A DNA stretch of 64,000 bases, from positions 31,158,150 through 31,222,149 of the forward strand of contig NC_134026.1 of NCBI RefSeq assembly GCF_964204645.1, given 5' to 3'. How positions within the stretch are numbered: the first letter of the stretch is position 1; the number at the start of each line of letters is the position of its first letter. The position numbers and the translations under genes were made by a program. Shown here one piece after another: positions 1 through 11,800 of the stretch. The DNA comes from Tubulanus polymorphus. Taxonomy: Eukaryota; Animalia; Nemertea. The notes beneath the pieces are model-generated. The model was given only the letters and a program-made list of their open reading frames with translations. It was not told the origin of the DNA and made no database searches.

Positions 1-659
1 CTGTGATCGTGAGCATGACTAAATCCAGTAGTCCCTGCATCAAACAGATGTATTCCACAACCTGACACCATTCCTCTTATTGCTATAATTACGATCAGTT
101 TTAACTATGTCGTACCGACATGTCGGTACCCGCTTCATTATATAGATCTAACAGCTCAAATCAATCCATTGATACATCGATTAATCGGGTTTATAATGTA
201 CAATAGTTTATATGCGCAAGTTGTATAAATGGGTTCCCCTGTTGGTAGAAATCCCGGGCTGTTTGACTCCTAAGGTCTGTATAAAAATGACGGACCCAGG
301 ATCGTGACCTATCAGTTGTTGGTCTCTGTTGAGAGATAGCACCGGAGATGGAAATATCACAGTTGACAGTTTTTACAGGTAAGTTCTCAATTTTAATTCG
401 TCTTTTTAAACTCACGAAATTGTATTTAATAATCGAAGACTTGTGGCGTACGCTACAAAACATATATTTCTTATAAAGAAGTTGGAACTTTTATTGGGTA
501 AGGGTAAGCAGTGAAATAGGTTACGAATTGGAGATAAGTTGAATATGGCAATTAATTTTATGATTCTTATCAAATTTATATTTTTTTCATTAAGAAGTTT
601 CCAATGCGATATATTCCAAGTAGCTTTAAAATCACTTATAGAAATATTAGAAAGTCGAA

Positions 660-790
660 AAGTTGAATAAACTGCACTAGCTCAAGGAAACATTTCGAAC
701 TATGTTATTCTTAGTGTGCAGGGATTTTCAATATGATCTTTACAACACGGACTAAAGAGTGTTTCATCAATGGTTTTCAAGAAGTTTAGT
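660..790. repeat. Old dispersed repeat (about 130 bp), with further diverged copies at about 1400-1540 and 53955-54045
   Basis: Shared ordered blocks CAAG(G/A)AAACA..., GGATTT..ATAT..ACAA..GACT and GTTTCATC..GGTT in all three places. Confidence 0.6.
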
Positions 791-1757
791 TGGGTTCTGA
801 AGCAGCATTAAACTAATTGCTCCTCGATATTAACAAGTTTCTGCACTTCAGTTTGATGAGTTCGAGAGGGTATAAATTTACTATTCAATTGTATGAAATG
901 TTTGATAATTCATAAACCATTAATTAAAATGTGATCTGTTTAAATTTGGGTCCTGGGGCTGCTGCTGCACACGTGGCAAGTTTGGTCACATATGTGCGCA
1001 TATATACGCGTCAATGTTAGGGCTGGACTCTGATTGGACCCTGCAAGTTTAATCCATATGAACAAAATCACTGCAAAATGAATTCAATATGATTTATTAC
1101 CAAATGTTACCGGACTCATGTGACCACGTGGTCCACAACAGTCAATCGTACAAACGGTTTTATATACGTACACGTTTTCATCAACTGATTTCATCTAATA
1201 TCAGACGAGAGAATAGAAAAAAGAGTCCGAAATGTTTCCTTGAATCTATTTTCTAATTCGATTTTTGACCATTATCGCTACAGACATCTTCATACGTATA
1301 ACTAATCATTGTGTTGTGTATAACTGTAGGATTCCTGGAAGATTACATTAGTATCCATATTCTAACACTGTTCCTAAATATGACTATTAGGATTGAGTCG
1401 AAACGTTGAAATGAACTATCAGCTACAAGGAAACATTTTAGGACACTTTTCTTCCATATTTTGTTGTGGGATTTTATATTATCGTTACAACATGGACTCA
1501 GCAGTTGGACTCGTTTCATCGAAGGTTCTCAACTAACGCGTATTTGATTGTAGAGTTTACTGGAAAATACGGAAAAGGAATTATTAGTGTATCTGTCGCT
1601 TTTTGATCTCAAATAATCTTCATTAGAACAACGTGACGTCATATTCAGCTTTGATCGATAACGAGTTAGAGTCAGATAAGTAATTTTTTAAGTAAATCCT
1701 GATGAATCGATAATATTGGCTTATAATAAATGTTCCAGGAATGTAGTCAATTGACGG

Positions 1758-1836
1758 CCAGTTCCGCAGTTGTTGAGTTTAGATTTGACCTTAGAGAGTT
1801 TACTCATTTAAAATGACTCGACAACTGTGGAACTGG
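1758..1836. mobile_element. Short foldback/MITE family with CCAGTTCCACAGTT...AACTGTGGAACTGG ends. Other copies lie near 2585-2790, 5620-5660, 45950-46050, 59315, 59545-59655 and 60540-60770
   Basis: Terminal inverted repeat CCAGTTCC(G/A)CAGTTG / CAACTGTGGAACTGG around a GAGTT-rich core, recurring in intergenic DNA and introns. Confidence 0.7.
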
Positions 1837-4800
1837 ATCCTGAGTTCAGAGTTAACTCTAAAGCCGCGATCACACGGGCGTTTTTGCCCGTCCAAAAACA
1901 TCGGACCAGGCCCGAGCCAAATTTTAGCACGGGACAAATGAAAGCATTTGAATCGCAACTGGTTCCGGAAATGGCTTTGCTTTGTTCGAGCCTTATTTTG
2001 GCTGTTAGATAAACTTTTGGATTTTCTAATTTTTACTCATCAATTGTGGAATTTTCGGTTTCATTCGTGATTCATCGGTATCCGTCATTATCAGCACACC
2101 ACAGCTTGCTATCAGGTGGTTCATACCTATCATATTCATCAGTGCCTATCGCTAAAATCATTCAGTCCATATATTGACAATTCATCATTCTGCAAATTCT
2201 GTAAGATATATGATCTGTGTTCATGGACTCAAGTTCTACGTTTATGTTGTTTTAAAGTATTTTTCATATCGACATTTCACATTACACCTGGGCTATTCCA
2301 AATTATTCCAACGCGTCAAGTAATTCACAGTGAAGTTATATTGTTTCAGCTGTTGAACCACGTACTCTCTACCTCAGTCACCACCACATACACTGCCGCG
2401 GTCTCGCTCTCGTGCTCCTGGTTATGTGTAAATGTGACCGTTATAATGGGCATTTTGATTAACTAAATGCTCCTTGTAATGATCATAATTATACGTAATT
2501 TTCTGACGTCAGAAACCGAAAGGAACGGAAGCAAGGATGGATTTATGCAGGGCGACGGAAGGGCTGATTGGTTACAGTGTTACTGGATCCAGATCCACAG
2601 CTGTTCCGTAAGAATTCGCTTGATTTGAAACGTTGAATATGAATGAACTTATAGAGTTTACTCTAACTTACAACTGGATCCAGTCCTACAGTTTGTGAGG
2701 GCTAGAGTTAACTCTGAGTTCATTATTCATTTTCGAATGTTGTCAAACTCTTGAGTCAGATCTAACCCAGAACTGTGGAACTAGGTCCTGCAGAGGTCAC
2801 TAGTTGCTCAATGGTTGATTAACGTTAACCATCAGATAAATACCATCATTGTTACACAATGACATTTTGATATTGTCACTATACAGTGTCAACTATTGGT
2901 TGGTTACTCTAACTAATAATCTTTTGAGCAACAGCATCGACGGGACCCAAGTTTCATTGAGGCTCCTCGCACGTGCACAGGTCCCAACTCGGACCCTGGA
3001 TCGGATAAACTCAAACAAACTTTGGTTTGCGAGAAAACCGTTCGGTAAGTGAGAATCACGTGTGGCACAATAACTCCTATCAATCTCAGGTATGATATAA
3101 GTGTTGTTTGAATGAATATTTTGCCGCTGGTACGGGATGCAGTCAGTGTTAGCATATATTGGGCATAGCAAATATTGGCGGCATAATTTTACATTTCTCT
3201 GCGCACACGACGAATATATAAATGAATTGAAGGATTGTCGAACACAAAAGGAACCGGCGGCGGCGGCGGCCGTCCCATCGTTAACGGTGTGACAGGTTTT
3301 TACCCGTATCTCGCTAAACAATAGGAACAAAGGTCGCACTCCAACCGAGCACGTGCTGACGCGAGTTGGTTTATAGCGCAACCTTCCTTATTTACAAAAG
3401 AAACCCATTATGCAAACTCAACTCACCGAAACATTTTTGCATTTCAAATGCGCATAGCGATATGTTTTTATATATTGGAGAGGGGAATCATATTCATGTC
3501 TCTTTATTATCAATGATATTGAATTGGATATAAAAGCGCGACTCGGTGCGGGGACATGCGAGAACCTGTTGCTAACGTGAATACGATATAAAATTGGTGG
3601 GAAGAATAGTCGGTTTGTCATTAGTAAAGAAGCTAGACTCGAGGACGGACCGATGATTGACTGACTCCTCAGGCGCGGAGCAGCCGGAGACAGTCATCTC
3701 TCTCAATGGACTACACCCGCTAGCTGTATGGCGGTTAACTATTACTGACGCGGAAATTGTGCAATTTTTTCTTGATTCGTGTTTAGCTCTAATGGGGTTA
3801 ATCAGTGTTAATTATTTGCAATTAAGGAATATATGCGACCGCGATGATGTTATATCAGCGTGATAGAGAGGTGTATCTCAGTTTCGGAGGATACGGATGC
3901 TGCTGCTGCTGATGCTGATGTTTGTCGTTTACTATACTAAGTAGTAGTGCCGCAGGTAGATTAGTTAAACGATACCTGCTCATTACTGCTTACTATAGAA
4001 CTCGACTTCAACAACAAAAACAAACTAATATTCGGCTGATATATATCCGACACCAGTTCATTTTCATTTCTGAATTCGGGCTATAATGATATGTATATAG
4101 ATTTTGAATTCGTCTGTTCTTCGGGTGAATTTATCATGATTCATTCCGTTTTCGATGGTAACAGCAGGTCTTTAAAATATGCTTTCCATTATAATCTGTC
4201 ACACATGATGTGCATACATATTTTCGATATATATTTAACATATTTGAATATATATACATTTGTTAAGTTTGTCTGCAACAAGTTGGTACCAGGGTAACGC
4301 ATTGCAGTCAACAGTCGGTGTCGTTATGTTCGGTGGCATGGTGATTTCGGATTCGAATCGTTCACTCAGGCCAAATACTAAGTACTTGTGCCGCAGGAGC
4401 TGCATTCAATATCTCCTGTCGTTCCAGTACTTAATCTGAGGCCAGTCTAATCAACTTACTAAAACTGTTCGAGAAATGTGAAATTTTAGCTACACTGACG
4501 CGAGATATGAGGTGAGAAAATGACAGTTTTATCGGGACTGTATGTGCTAAAATTTACACTAGTTTTGATACTAAATCCAAACTGATGTTATCAATATTTT
4601 GTCAAGTATCTATGATTCAGAGCAAGAGCATCTTATGTCCAGCGGGCGAGGCCTCACTTGGATACTTAAACCATTCAACATTGTATTGATGATAACTAAT
4701 GGTTTTGAACGCTATATAATCTAAAATATCTGCAGGCCTATAAGATTTATGGCAGAAATATGTGGGATTAAGTTTATATTTCAAAACTAAATTGCTGTCG

Positions 4801-6000
4801 ACACAGTTGATAATGATAGATATTATTGAAAATATTTTTAACTAATTTCTGAATCTAAATTAATGATTTGTGAATTGTGATGTTATCTTCGACATTTTCA
4901 TTGCTTATTTATTGATAAATAAATCTATGATTTTGAATTGCAAACCGTTGCGTTATCAGTTTTAATTCAATCCATAAACTACAGATAATTTACTGAATTC
5001 TGAATTGAATATTCTCTTCGTTTTTGTTTAAAGAATAACATATTCTGCCATTCCCTTCATCGGAAAACAGCGGATGCAAGCCTTGAATGAAATTCCCATT
5101 TATTTAGCAATGGTCGGACCTACGCCGGTGGTTCGGACGCTGGTATGTGAGGATCGGGAATGTGGTTTGTGCACTGGTAAGCGAGGTTTGGGTAAGGGAT
5201 TCCAGCCCTGGCAAGCAAGGTAAACACGGTAACCAGTCTACTCGAGATACAGACCAGAAACCAGTCTATTTGTTTCTTGTCTATTTTGTCGCTTTACTGG
5301 GCTGAAAAGTGGTATTCTAGTTAAAAGTACATAATATCTTCCATGCGAATAAAGTTCCTTGTAAAGGTATCGTTTTGCTGATTTTTTTCTGCGCCGATAG
5401 ATGGCGAATAGGAGGATCAGTTTCGCTGGTACGGTTCGGTCGTCTCTTCATAAATAGCCCACGTGCCTGCAGAGCTATCGGCTTCTACTGTCCACACAAT
5501 CTAGAAAAATATATAAATACATACTTCATTCTATTTAAAAGCGTCTTTAACAAAAGGATTACGATAACAAATTGAAAAATAAAATCTAGTTCCCTAGAAC
5601 GCCGTCTGCATCTAACACAGTCAAATTCTAACTCAGAACTGAGTGCAGTTCTTTAAGTTCAGGACCCAGATAAAGAGTCGTTAAAGTTAACCAACATTAT
5701 GTTGGGAGAATCCATGTCACTCAGATAGACTCGCTTGTAGTCTGGACTGATGCATTTGTACGCATTTTGGAGCCGTGGAAAGGCCTAGTGTTTACATCAG
5801 TGTTTGATCTGCAAAAGAAATAAAAAAACCGGTCTCCGTATTCGATATCGGAAACATGTGAGACGAAACTTCAGTTATGAATAACACACAAAAGAAGAAT
5901 TGATATGTAATCAGTATCAGTGAGTTATTAGACTGTATCACATTAATACCCATTATTAAACACGCACACACTTACAGACACACCTACAAATCATCGACAA

Positions 6001-6292
6001 ACCCTCAGAAAAAAACAACGAGACGGATTTTTTGTCGGATTTTTATTTCGCCCATTTTCTTACTGTCGCCGATATCAACAGATATGTTTCTGTCAACTGT
6101 AAACCTAGGCCCGCAGTTTTACAGTGATAGCTTAAAGACCATCTTCAGTACCAGCTTTTCTAACAACCTCAGGCCATATAGCTCGATGATTAAAGACCAC
6201 TTTTGGGCCAAAGTTACGACTGGGAATTTCGGATACGGTTCCACAGATATAAACCAAACCACGCCCGCCTAACGCCTGATTTTTTCTGAGAA
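6001..6292. mobile_element. Probable degenerate MITE
   Basis: Ends CTCAGAAAAAA ... TTTTTTCTGAG form an inverted repeat, and there is no coding capacity. Confidence 0.45.
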
Positions 6293-6397
6293 TGTAACTT
6301 CTACATTTTGACTAGGAACTAGTCCGAGGAACTAGTCAAACGAACCCAGATACACCGTCATAGTCTCTATACCAACTGAATCCTAAAAAATAGATTC

Positions 6398-6890
6398 TGC
6401 AGCCAATATGGCGTGAGAGGACCCGATCAGTTTTCTACGGAAGCAACTTATTGTCACTGGTTATATCTTTAATTATATATTGTTCACGATGTAGAAATCA
6501 TTTCGTCTTAAAAAACAAAACAAATACTGCTACAAAAATCGCGATTTATGTTTCGATATGGCGTTACAGAGCCCAAATGTTCTGCAGTCAATATGGCGTA
6601 TCAAGCCCCAAATATTCTGCAGAAGAGCTTCAATTGAAACATGGCGTGAGAGGACCCGATCGGTTTTCCTACAAACAAATGAATAATTGTCACTAATTCT
6701 CTTAAATGTTCAAAGATTAATCATTCCATATGGTTTGTCAATCATTTAGTCTTAGAAAAGAGCAAATACTGTTACTATAAACTCCTAAAATCACGTTGTC
6801 TTCTACATGGCGTGTCAGGCCCCAAATGTTCTGCAGTCAATATGGCGTGTCAAGCCCCAAACAGTCTGCCGAATAGCTTCAATTGAGACA
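6398..6890 (+). repeat. Tandem duplication, about 233-bp unit, 2 copies
   Basis: ATGGCGTGAGAGGACCCGATC at 6408 and 6641, and AAATGTTCTGCAGTCAATATGGCGT repeated with the intervening sequence collinear. Confidence 0.8.
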
Positions 6891-6891
6891 T

Positions 6892-7130
6892 GATTCAGAG
6901 TGGTCCTGATACTAAATAGAGGATGTACAAGGGTGTCCCGGGTTCGAACCCAGTTATTACTGATACTGATTAAGAGTGGTATTGGTGCTGAAAAAGGATG
7001 TACAGGGGTGTCCCGGGTTCAAACCCAATAATTACTGAAAGTGGTTCTGGAGTGGTCCTGATGATGAATAGAGGATGAACTGGGGTGTCCCGGGTTCGAA
7101 CCGTGTAAATACTGAATACTGTTCGAACCC
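6892..7130 (+). repeat. 76-bp tRNA-like satellite, left array (about 3 units)
   Basis: Unit GATTCAGAGTGGTCCTGATGCTGAATAGAGGATGTACAGGGGTGTCCCGGGTTCGAACCCAGTAATTACTGATACT, the same unit and orientation as the array at 32690-34560. Confidence 0.9.
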
Positions 7131-7137
7131 ATATATA

Positions 7138-7285
7138 TTTTAACCGTCAAGTGCTGCCCCTATAAATATCGTTGACGGTGAACTAACTCATTACTCGCGC
7201 GCCGCAGTAGGAAAATTGAACTATCAGTTAGTTCACAAATTTACCGCTTATGATACACATAGGGGCAGCACCTTACAGTAAAAAA
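7138..7285. mobile_element. Short MITE/foldback element
   Basis: Outer inverted repeat GTGCTGCCCCTAT / ATAGGGGCAGCAC and inner inverted repeat GTGAACTAACT / AGTTAGTTCAC. Confidence 0.7.
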
Positions 7286-7629
7286 CCGACTGCATGCGCA
7301 GAATAAGAATTGAATAGATTCGTAATTAAGAGAGCGATCACAGGGTTCACTCACTCACACTACCGATCACAATTTGGGACTGCTGTTATTGACGTTTCAA
7401 ATTATACCCTCTGAAATTACATCCATCATCTGCAACAGTAAGGCCAAAATTGTTTTAAACATGGGTCAGTGGTGCTGTAATCTTTTTTCCTAAATTCATG
7501 ATCCATTAAATTATTTCATCTTCAAATCAATATCACCGAGTAGGCCACCCCTCATCACAATCTGAAATGTAAAAAAAAGAAAAAGAGTTGGGGCAAATTA
7601 CCAAGTCCCGTGAAATAAAAAAGCGAAGT

Positions 7630-7702
7630 TCGAACCGGCAGGACTCGAAACTGCGGTCTCCGGGTTACCAGGCGGGAATTCTAACCACTAGACCATAGAT
7701 CT
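7630..7702 (-). pseudogene. tRNA-derived element (tRNA pseudogene, SINE head or tRNA-like ncRNA)
   Basis: Minus strand reads AGATCTA-TGGTCTAGTGGTTAGAATTCCCGCCTGGTAACCCGGAGACCGCAGTTTCGAGTCCTGCCGGTTCG. It has an A box, a B-box-like T arm and a T6 run about 10 nt downstream. The acceptor and anticodon stems are mismatched. Confidence 0.75.
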
Positions 7703-7957
7703 GTGGTAATCACTCGGGTGTGTAAGTTTGTCTCGTATGTGATTTCGTATGTGTTCAGTTTGCTTAAAATCGATTTTCAGAATGTATCTTAAACAGTTTG
7801 TCAAACGGATTAAGTTAAACAGATAACTGGGGTAAACTGAGGACACATCAGTGTGAATATTAATTGAATTTGCGTGGATTTGAACCAAATGGAATTTTTG
7901 TGGCGTTGATCAGGTTCGAATCCCATCAGAAAATTATTTTCTAGACTTGGCGGTAAT

Positions 7958-8053
7958 ATTGGTACTTTTCATTGGTCAGGATCAGTGACGTCACACTGTC
8001 AGTATAAAAACTCAGGTCAGCTGATCCCTCCTTCCAGTTCGGCCATTTTTCAG
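7958..8053 (+). promoter_or_regulatory. Pol II core promoter and short non-coding exon 1 of the orphan gene
   Basis: Two inverted CCAAT boxes (ATTGG at 7958 and 7971), CRE TGACGTCA at 7986, TATAAAAA at 8003, Inr-like CCAGTT at about 8034, YY1-like GCCATTTT at 8042, then a consensus donor CAG|GTAAG at 8053/8054. Confidence 0.7.
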
Positions 8054-8801
8054 GTAAGCAAACGTCGTCCATTTTATTTAATTCTTTCGATAAAATTTAT
8101 TTATCAATCTTACTTGTAAATTTTATACATATAGACCTTAGGTTTCGCATACGGCTTTATGTAAGACAATTTCAAGAGTTCCGAAAGTTCGGATTATATC
8201 ATATAGGTGTTTAATTATGACATTTCCATTTTGACGTTCCTTTTGCTCTAAATTGTCCAAATGGTGTTTTTAACATTTAGAAGTAAATTTCAACGTTTGA
8301 TTTGCAATTTCGCTCTCGTAATAATGAAGACGTTATTGTGATTTTATTGAGGAAATTTATTAAACTTATTTATGAAATTTTCGGAAGCAGTTTTTCTGGT
8401 GTTCAAATCTAGCGCTAAAGCGGCTAGTTGACATGCCTAGGTGTAATACACAGACAGCTCAGTCTATTGAACCATGACTCGAATCCATAGAAACCTTTCA
8501 TTCGAAGCGTCGTTCAACTTAATCCTGCTGGCTTCTATATCTATTATTAAGAAAATAATGATAAAATAATTTAATGTTAATTATTATTATTACTTAATAG
8601 AAACTCGATTTAGCTATTTCTTTGAGTCAATAATTTTCGATTTTCTTGATTTTTATAAGATTGTTTTTACATTGCAGTAGCAGCAGCAGCATCAACAGCA
8701 GCAGTTAAAAAAGCAACAGTTATAAAAGCAACAGCAGCAGTACAACGACAACTACAACAATTACAACTTCAACAATTAAAACTTGAACTTCAACTTTGAA
8801 T

Positions 8802-11800
8802 ATGTCTACAAAATATGACCTTTTTTCGGGACTGTTGAAGCTGGTTCGCGCCGAGGTGCTGACGCTCGACCCTGAAACCCTCGGCGCGTTTTTTGATTTG
8901 AGTAAGTACAAAGTCTACTTCATCAATCTCAATCTGGGGTATCTCAAATTCTCGATTATTTTTCATGAACATCTCAAATTATTTGATTTCCAACATCCGA
9001 AATTATTTGATCTCAAATTCACAATCACAATTATTTTATCTCAAATCTCCGCATTATTTGATTTCCTAAATCTCAAATTGTCTAAATCTCAATTATTTCA
9101 AATATCATCAATTAAAAAATCTAATATCATCTAATGTCAATTTCTTTCAATTCTCTTTTTAAGTTTGGAAAACTCTCAAACTTAATTGAATTTGCTATCG
9201 AATCTATGGTGAATTAAGTTTGAATTGAATTGAATTGAATAGTGAGTAGAGGCTCTGGTGGATGAGAATTAACTCGAGGAAGTAACTTCATTTCCTGGTT
9301 TCGGTTCCAAATATTGTCCAAATTGTGAAATATTCATCATGTTATTCATATTCCAGTCAATAGAGATAAGTTACAACATAAATAATTTAAACTGTGTAGG
9401 CTTCCAGACCAATGCATTTCATAGAAAATCCTGATTTATGTTTAATAAATCAAGTAACTGGACTGCGCGGTTCAGTCCATTTAGTCAGGAAGCAGACTGC
9501 AGTTTAGTCCTTATTTTAATCAGTAACTGGACTGCGGTGTAGTCCATATTTTAGTCAATAACTGTACTACCGTTTAATCCATATTTTAGTCAATAACTGG
9601 ACTGCGGTGTAGTCCATGTTTTAGTGGACTACCGTTTAATCCATATTATAGTCAATAACTGGACTGCGGTGTAGTCCATGTTTTAGTGGACTATGGTTTA
9701 GTCCATATTTTAGTCAATAACTGGACTGCGGTGTAGTCCATATTTTAGTGTACTATGGTTTAGTCCATATTTTAGTCAATAACTGGACTGCGGTTTAGTT
9801 GATAGTTTAGTCAGGAACCGCACGGCTGTTTAGTTTATATCCAGATACCCGTCACATTATGGGACCAACTTTTAAGATACCGCTGAAAAGTAGCACTAGT
9901 ACTTTACGGTACTTTTGTTTTTCTCTGCGACTCCAGGATCCGAAAACATGTGATTTTCTTTTTTTATTAATCATTCATCAACCGTCAGGAAATTCAGGAT
10001 CACTATTTTTGATTGATTGGTTAAACTTTATTCCTCGTATCTCAAGGTAGTTGCTCAAAACAGTTTGAGATGCGGAGATTATGGCAGGAAGGAGGTACAT
10101 CTCGCCACTGCTATCATGAGCTTATCTGTGAACTAGTCTCAAGCCGCACCCACTCAATGTTTATACTAGATCTAAACTGATGTTTGATACAAATGTCCTT
10201 CACTAACTGGGCTCATAGTCAGAATCTTCATCGTCTAATTGTTGGCGAATCCTAGATATTGTGGCCTTGCGGCAAATACAGTTTGCACACGATTTATTTT
10301 GTAATGGATTCATTATTACGGTCAAAGGTTGGCACCTTGTTAGGTACTGAGTCTTATACAGTGAGTTTACTCAGTATCCGGACCACAGTTTACTCAGTAT
10401 CCGGACCACAGTTTACTCAGTATCCAGACCACAGTTTACTCAGCATCCGGATGACAGTTTACTCAGTATCCGGACCACAGTTTACTCAGTATCCGGATCA
10501 CAGTTTACTCAGTATCCGGACCACAGTTTACTCAGTATCCGGACCACAGTTTACTCAGTATCCGGACCACAGTTTACTCAGTATCCGGATTACAGTTTAG
10601 TCAGTAACGGAACTGTGTGATTCATTTCGTTCTGAGACCAGATTTTATCAAATTTCCTCTAGCTGTTCTTCAGATAATCTTCACCCGTCAAGGGATTCGA
10701 ACCCACTACGCTAAAGCTGTTCGCCGAATCCCTTGACCTCATGAGTCGTTACTAGCTGACCAGAATCCGGTTGTACCAATTACAGCGCTTGTTACAAACG
10801 ATATAAGGCTTCTGTTGGAATTACCGATAAATGGACCAATCAGCGAACAAGAAAGTATTTCGCAAGTCGATATATGACGTCATGCGCAACAGCGCCAGTA
10901 ATGAAATCACGCGTCGTGAAGCCAGGGGGGCTGGTGGAAGCGAGTTTGGGAGTGATACCGGACCCCTGGCAAGCGAGGATGTCTTCAGATAGGCCTACCC
11001 TTTGACTTAATGTTTTATTTTTCAGAATTCTTTTATTTTCTTGAAGCGATAAAAAGTATTTCCTCTACCGTTATCCAGGCCTGACATTTATCTAGGTCTA
11101 TCCTGTTTTACACCTTACAAGTTCGACGTGGACATTTCGTATTGTTTTTTCTGTAAACAACTGCAGCTGTATTTATAGTGAATTATTCCACTGAATGATT
11201 CTATATTTGAAGGGTAAGTAGTGACTTATTTGAAATACTTAATAAATTCATGTGAAATAGGCCTAAATTCTAAATATCGTTTATTGTTCGCTGTTTAATG
11301 ATGTTTGATTTTTATAGATAAAAATCTTATTATAATTTGTAGTGAATGGATTTAATTGTATGAAGTTGCAGCTGTGGACTGTGTCGTGTGAAATGGTTTT
11401 TACACCTGGTGGTTGTTTCTTAAAGTAAAAGTTTTTTGATTGATGATGAAAATACAGAAAATAAAGAAGAAATTTGAATGAAATTTTTTGTGTCGTTTTT
11501 CTGTTTGTCATGAAATGAAAATGAATAAGACTTACTTAGCAGAATCCATAGGGAAATGTGCAGAACTCGAAGGAAATATCACCATTTTGGAACTAAAATT
11601 CGAACTAAGGTTCGAATCCATGACGACCTGGTTTCCCAGAATGCTTCCCGTATCCCGTAAATGTTCACTTCATTTCCGTTTATTCTCTGCCTGAACCGGT
11701 AAACTGTAATGGCTGTTCGCCTATATTATAGAATACATGTATGTACTATCAACCTTCTATCTCTGTTAGCAAAAATACATAAAAACATGAGAACATCTTT

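Noticed and set aside
2893-3381. 162-aa minus-strand ORF
   Set aside because: Non-ATG start, no recognisable domain and no supporting exon chain.
7630-7702. Functional tRNA-Thr(GGT)
   Set aside because: The acceptor and anticodon stems have several mismatches, the body resembles Asp/Glu tRNAs, and eukaryotes normally use AGT rather than GGT.
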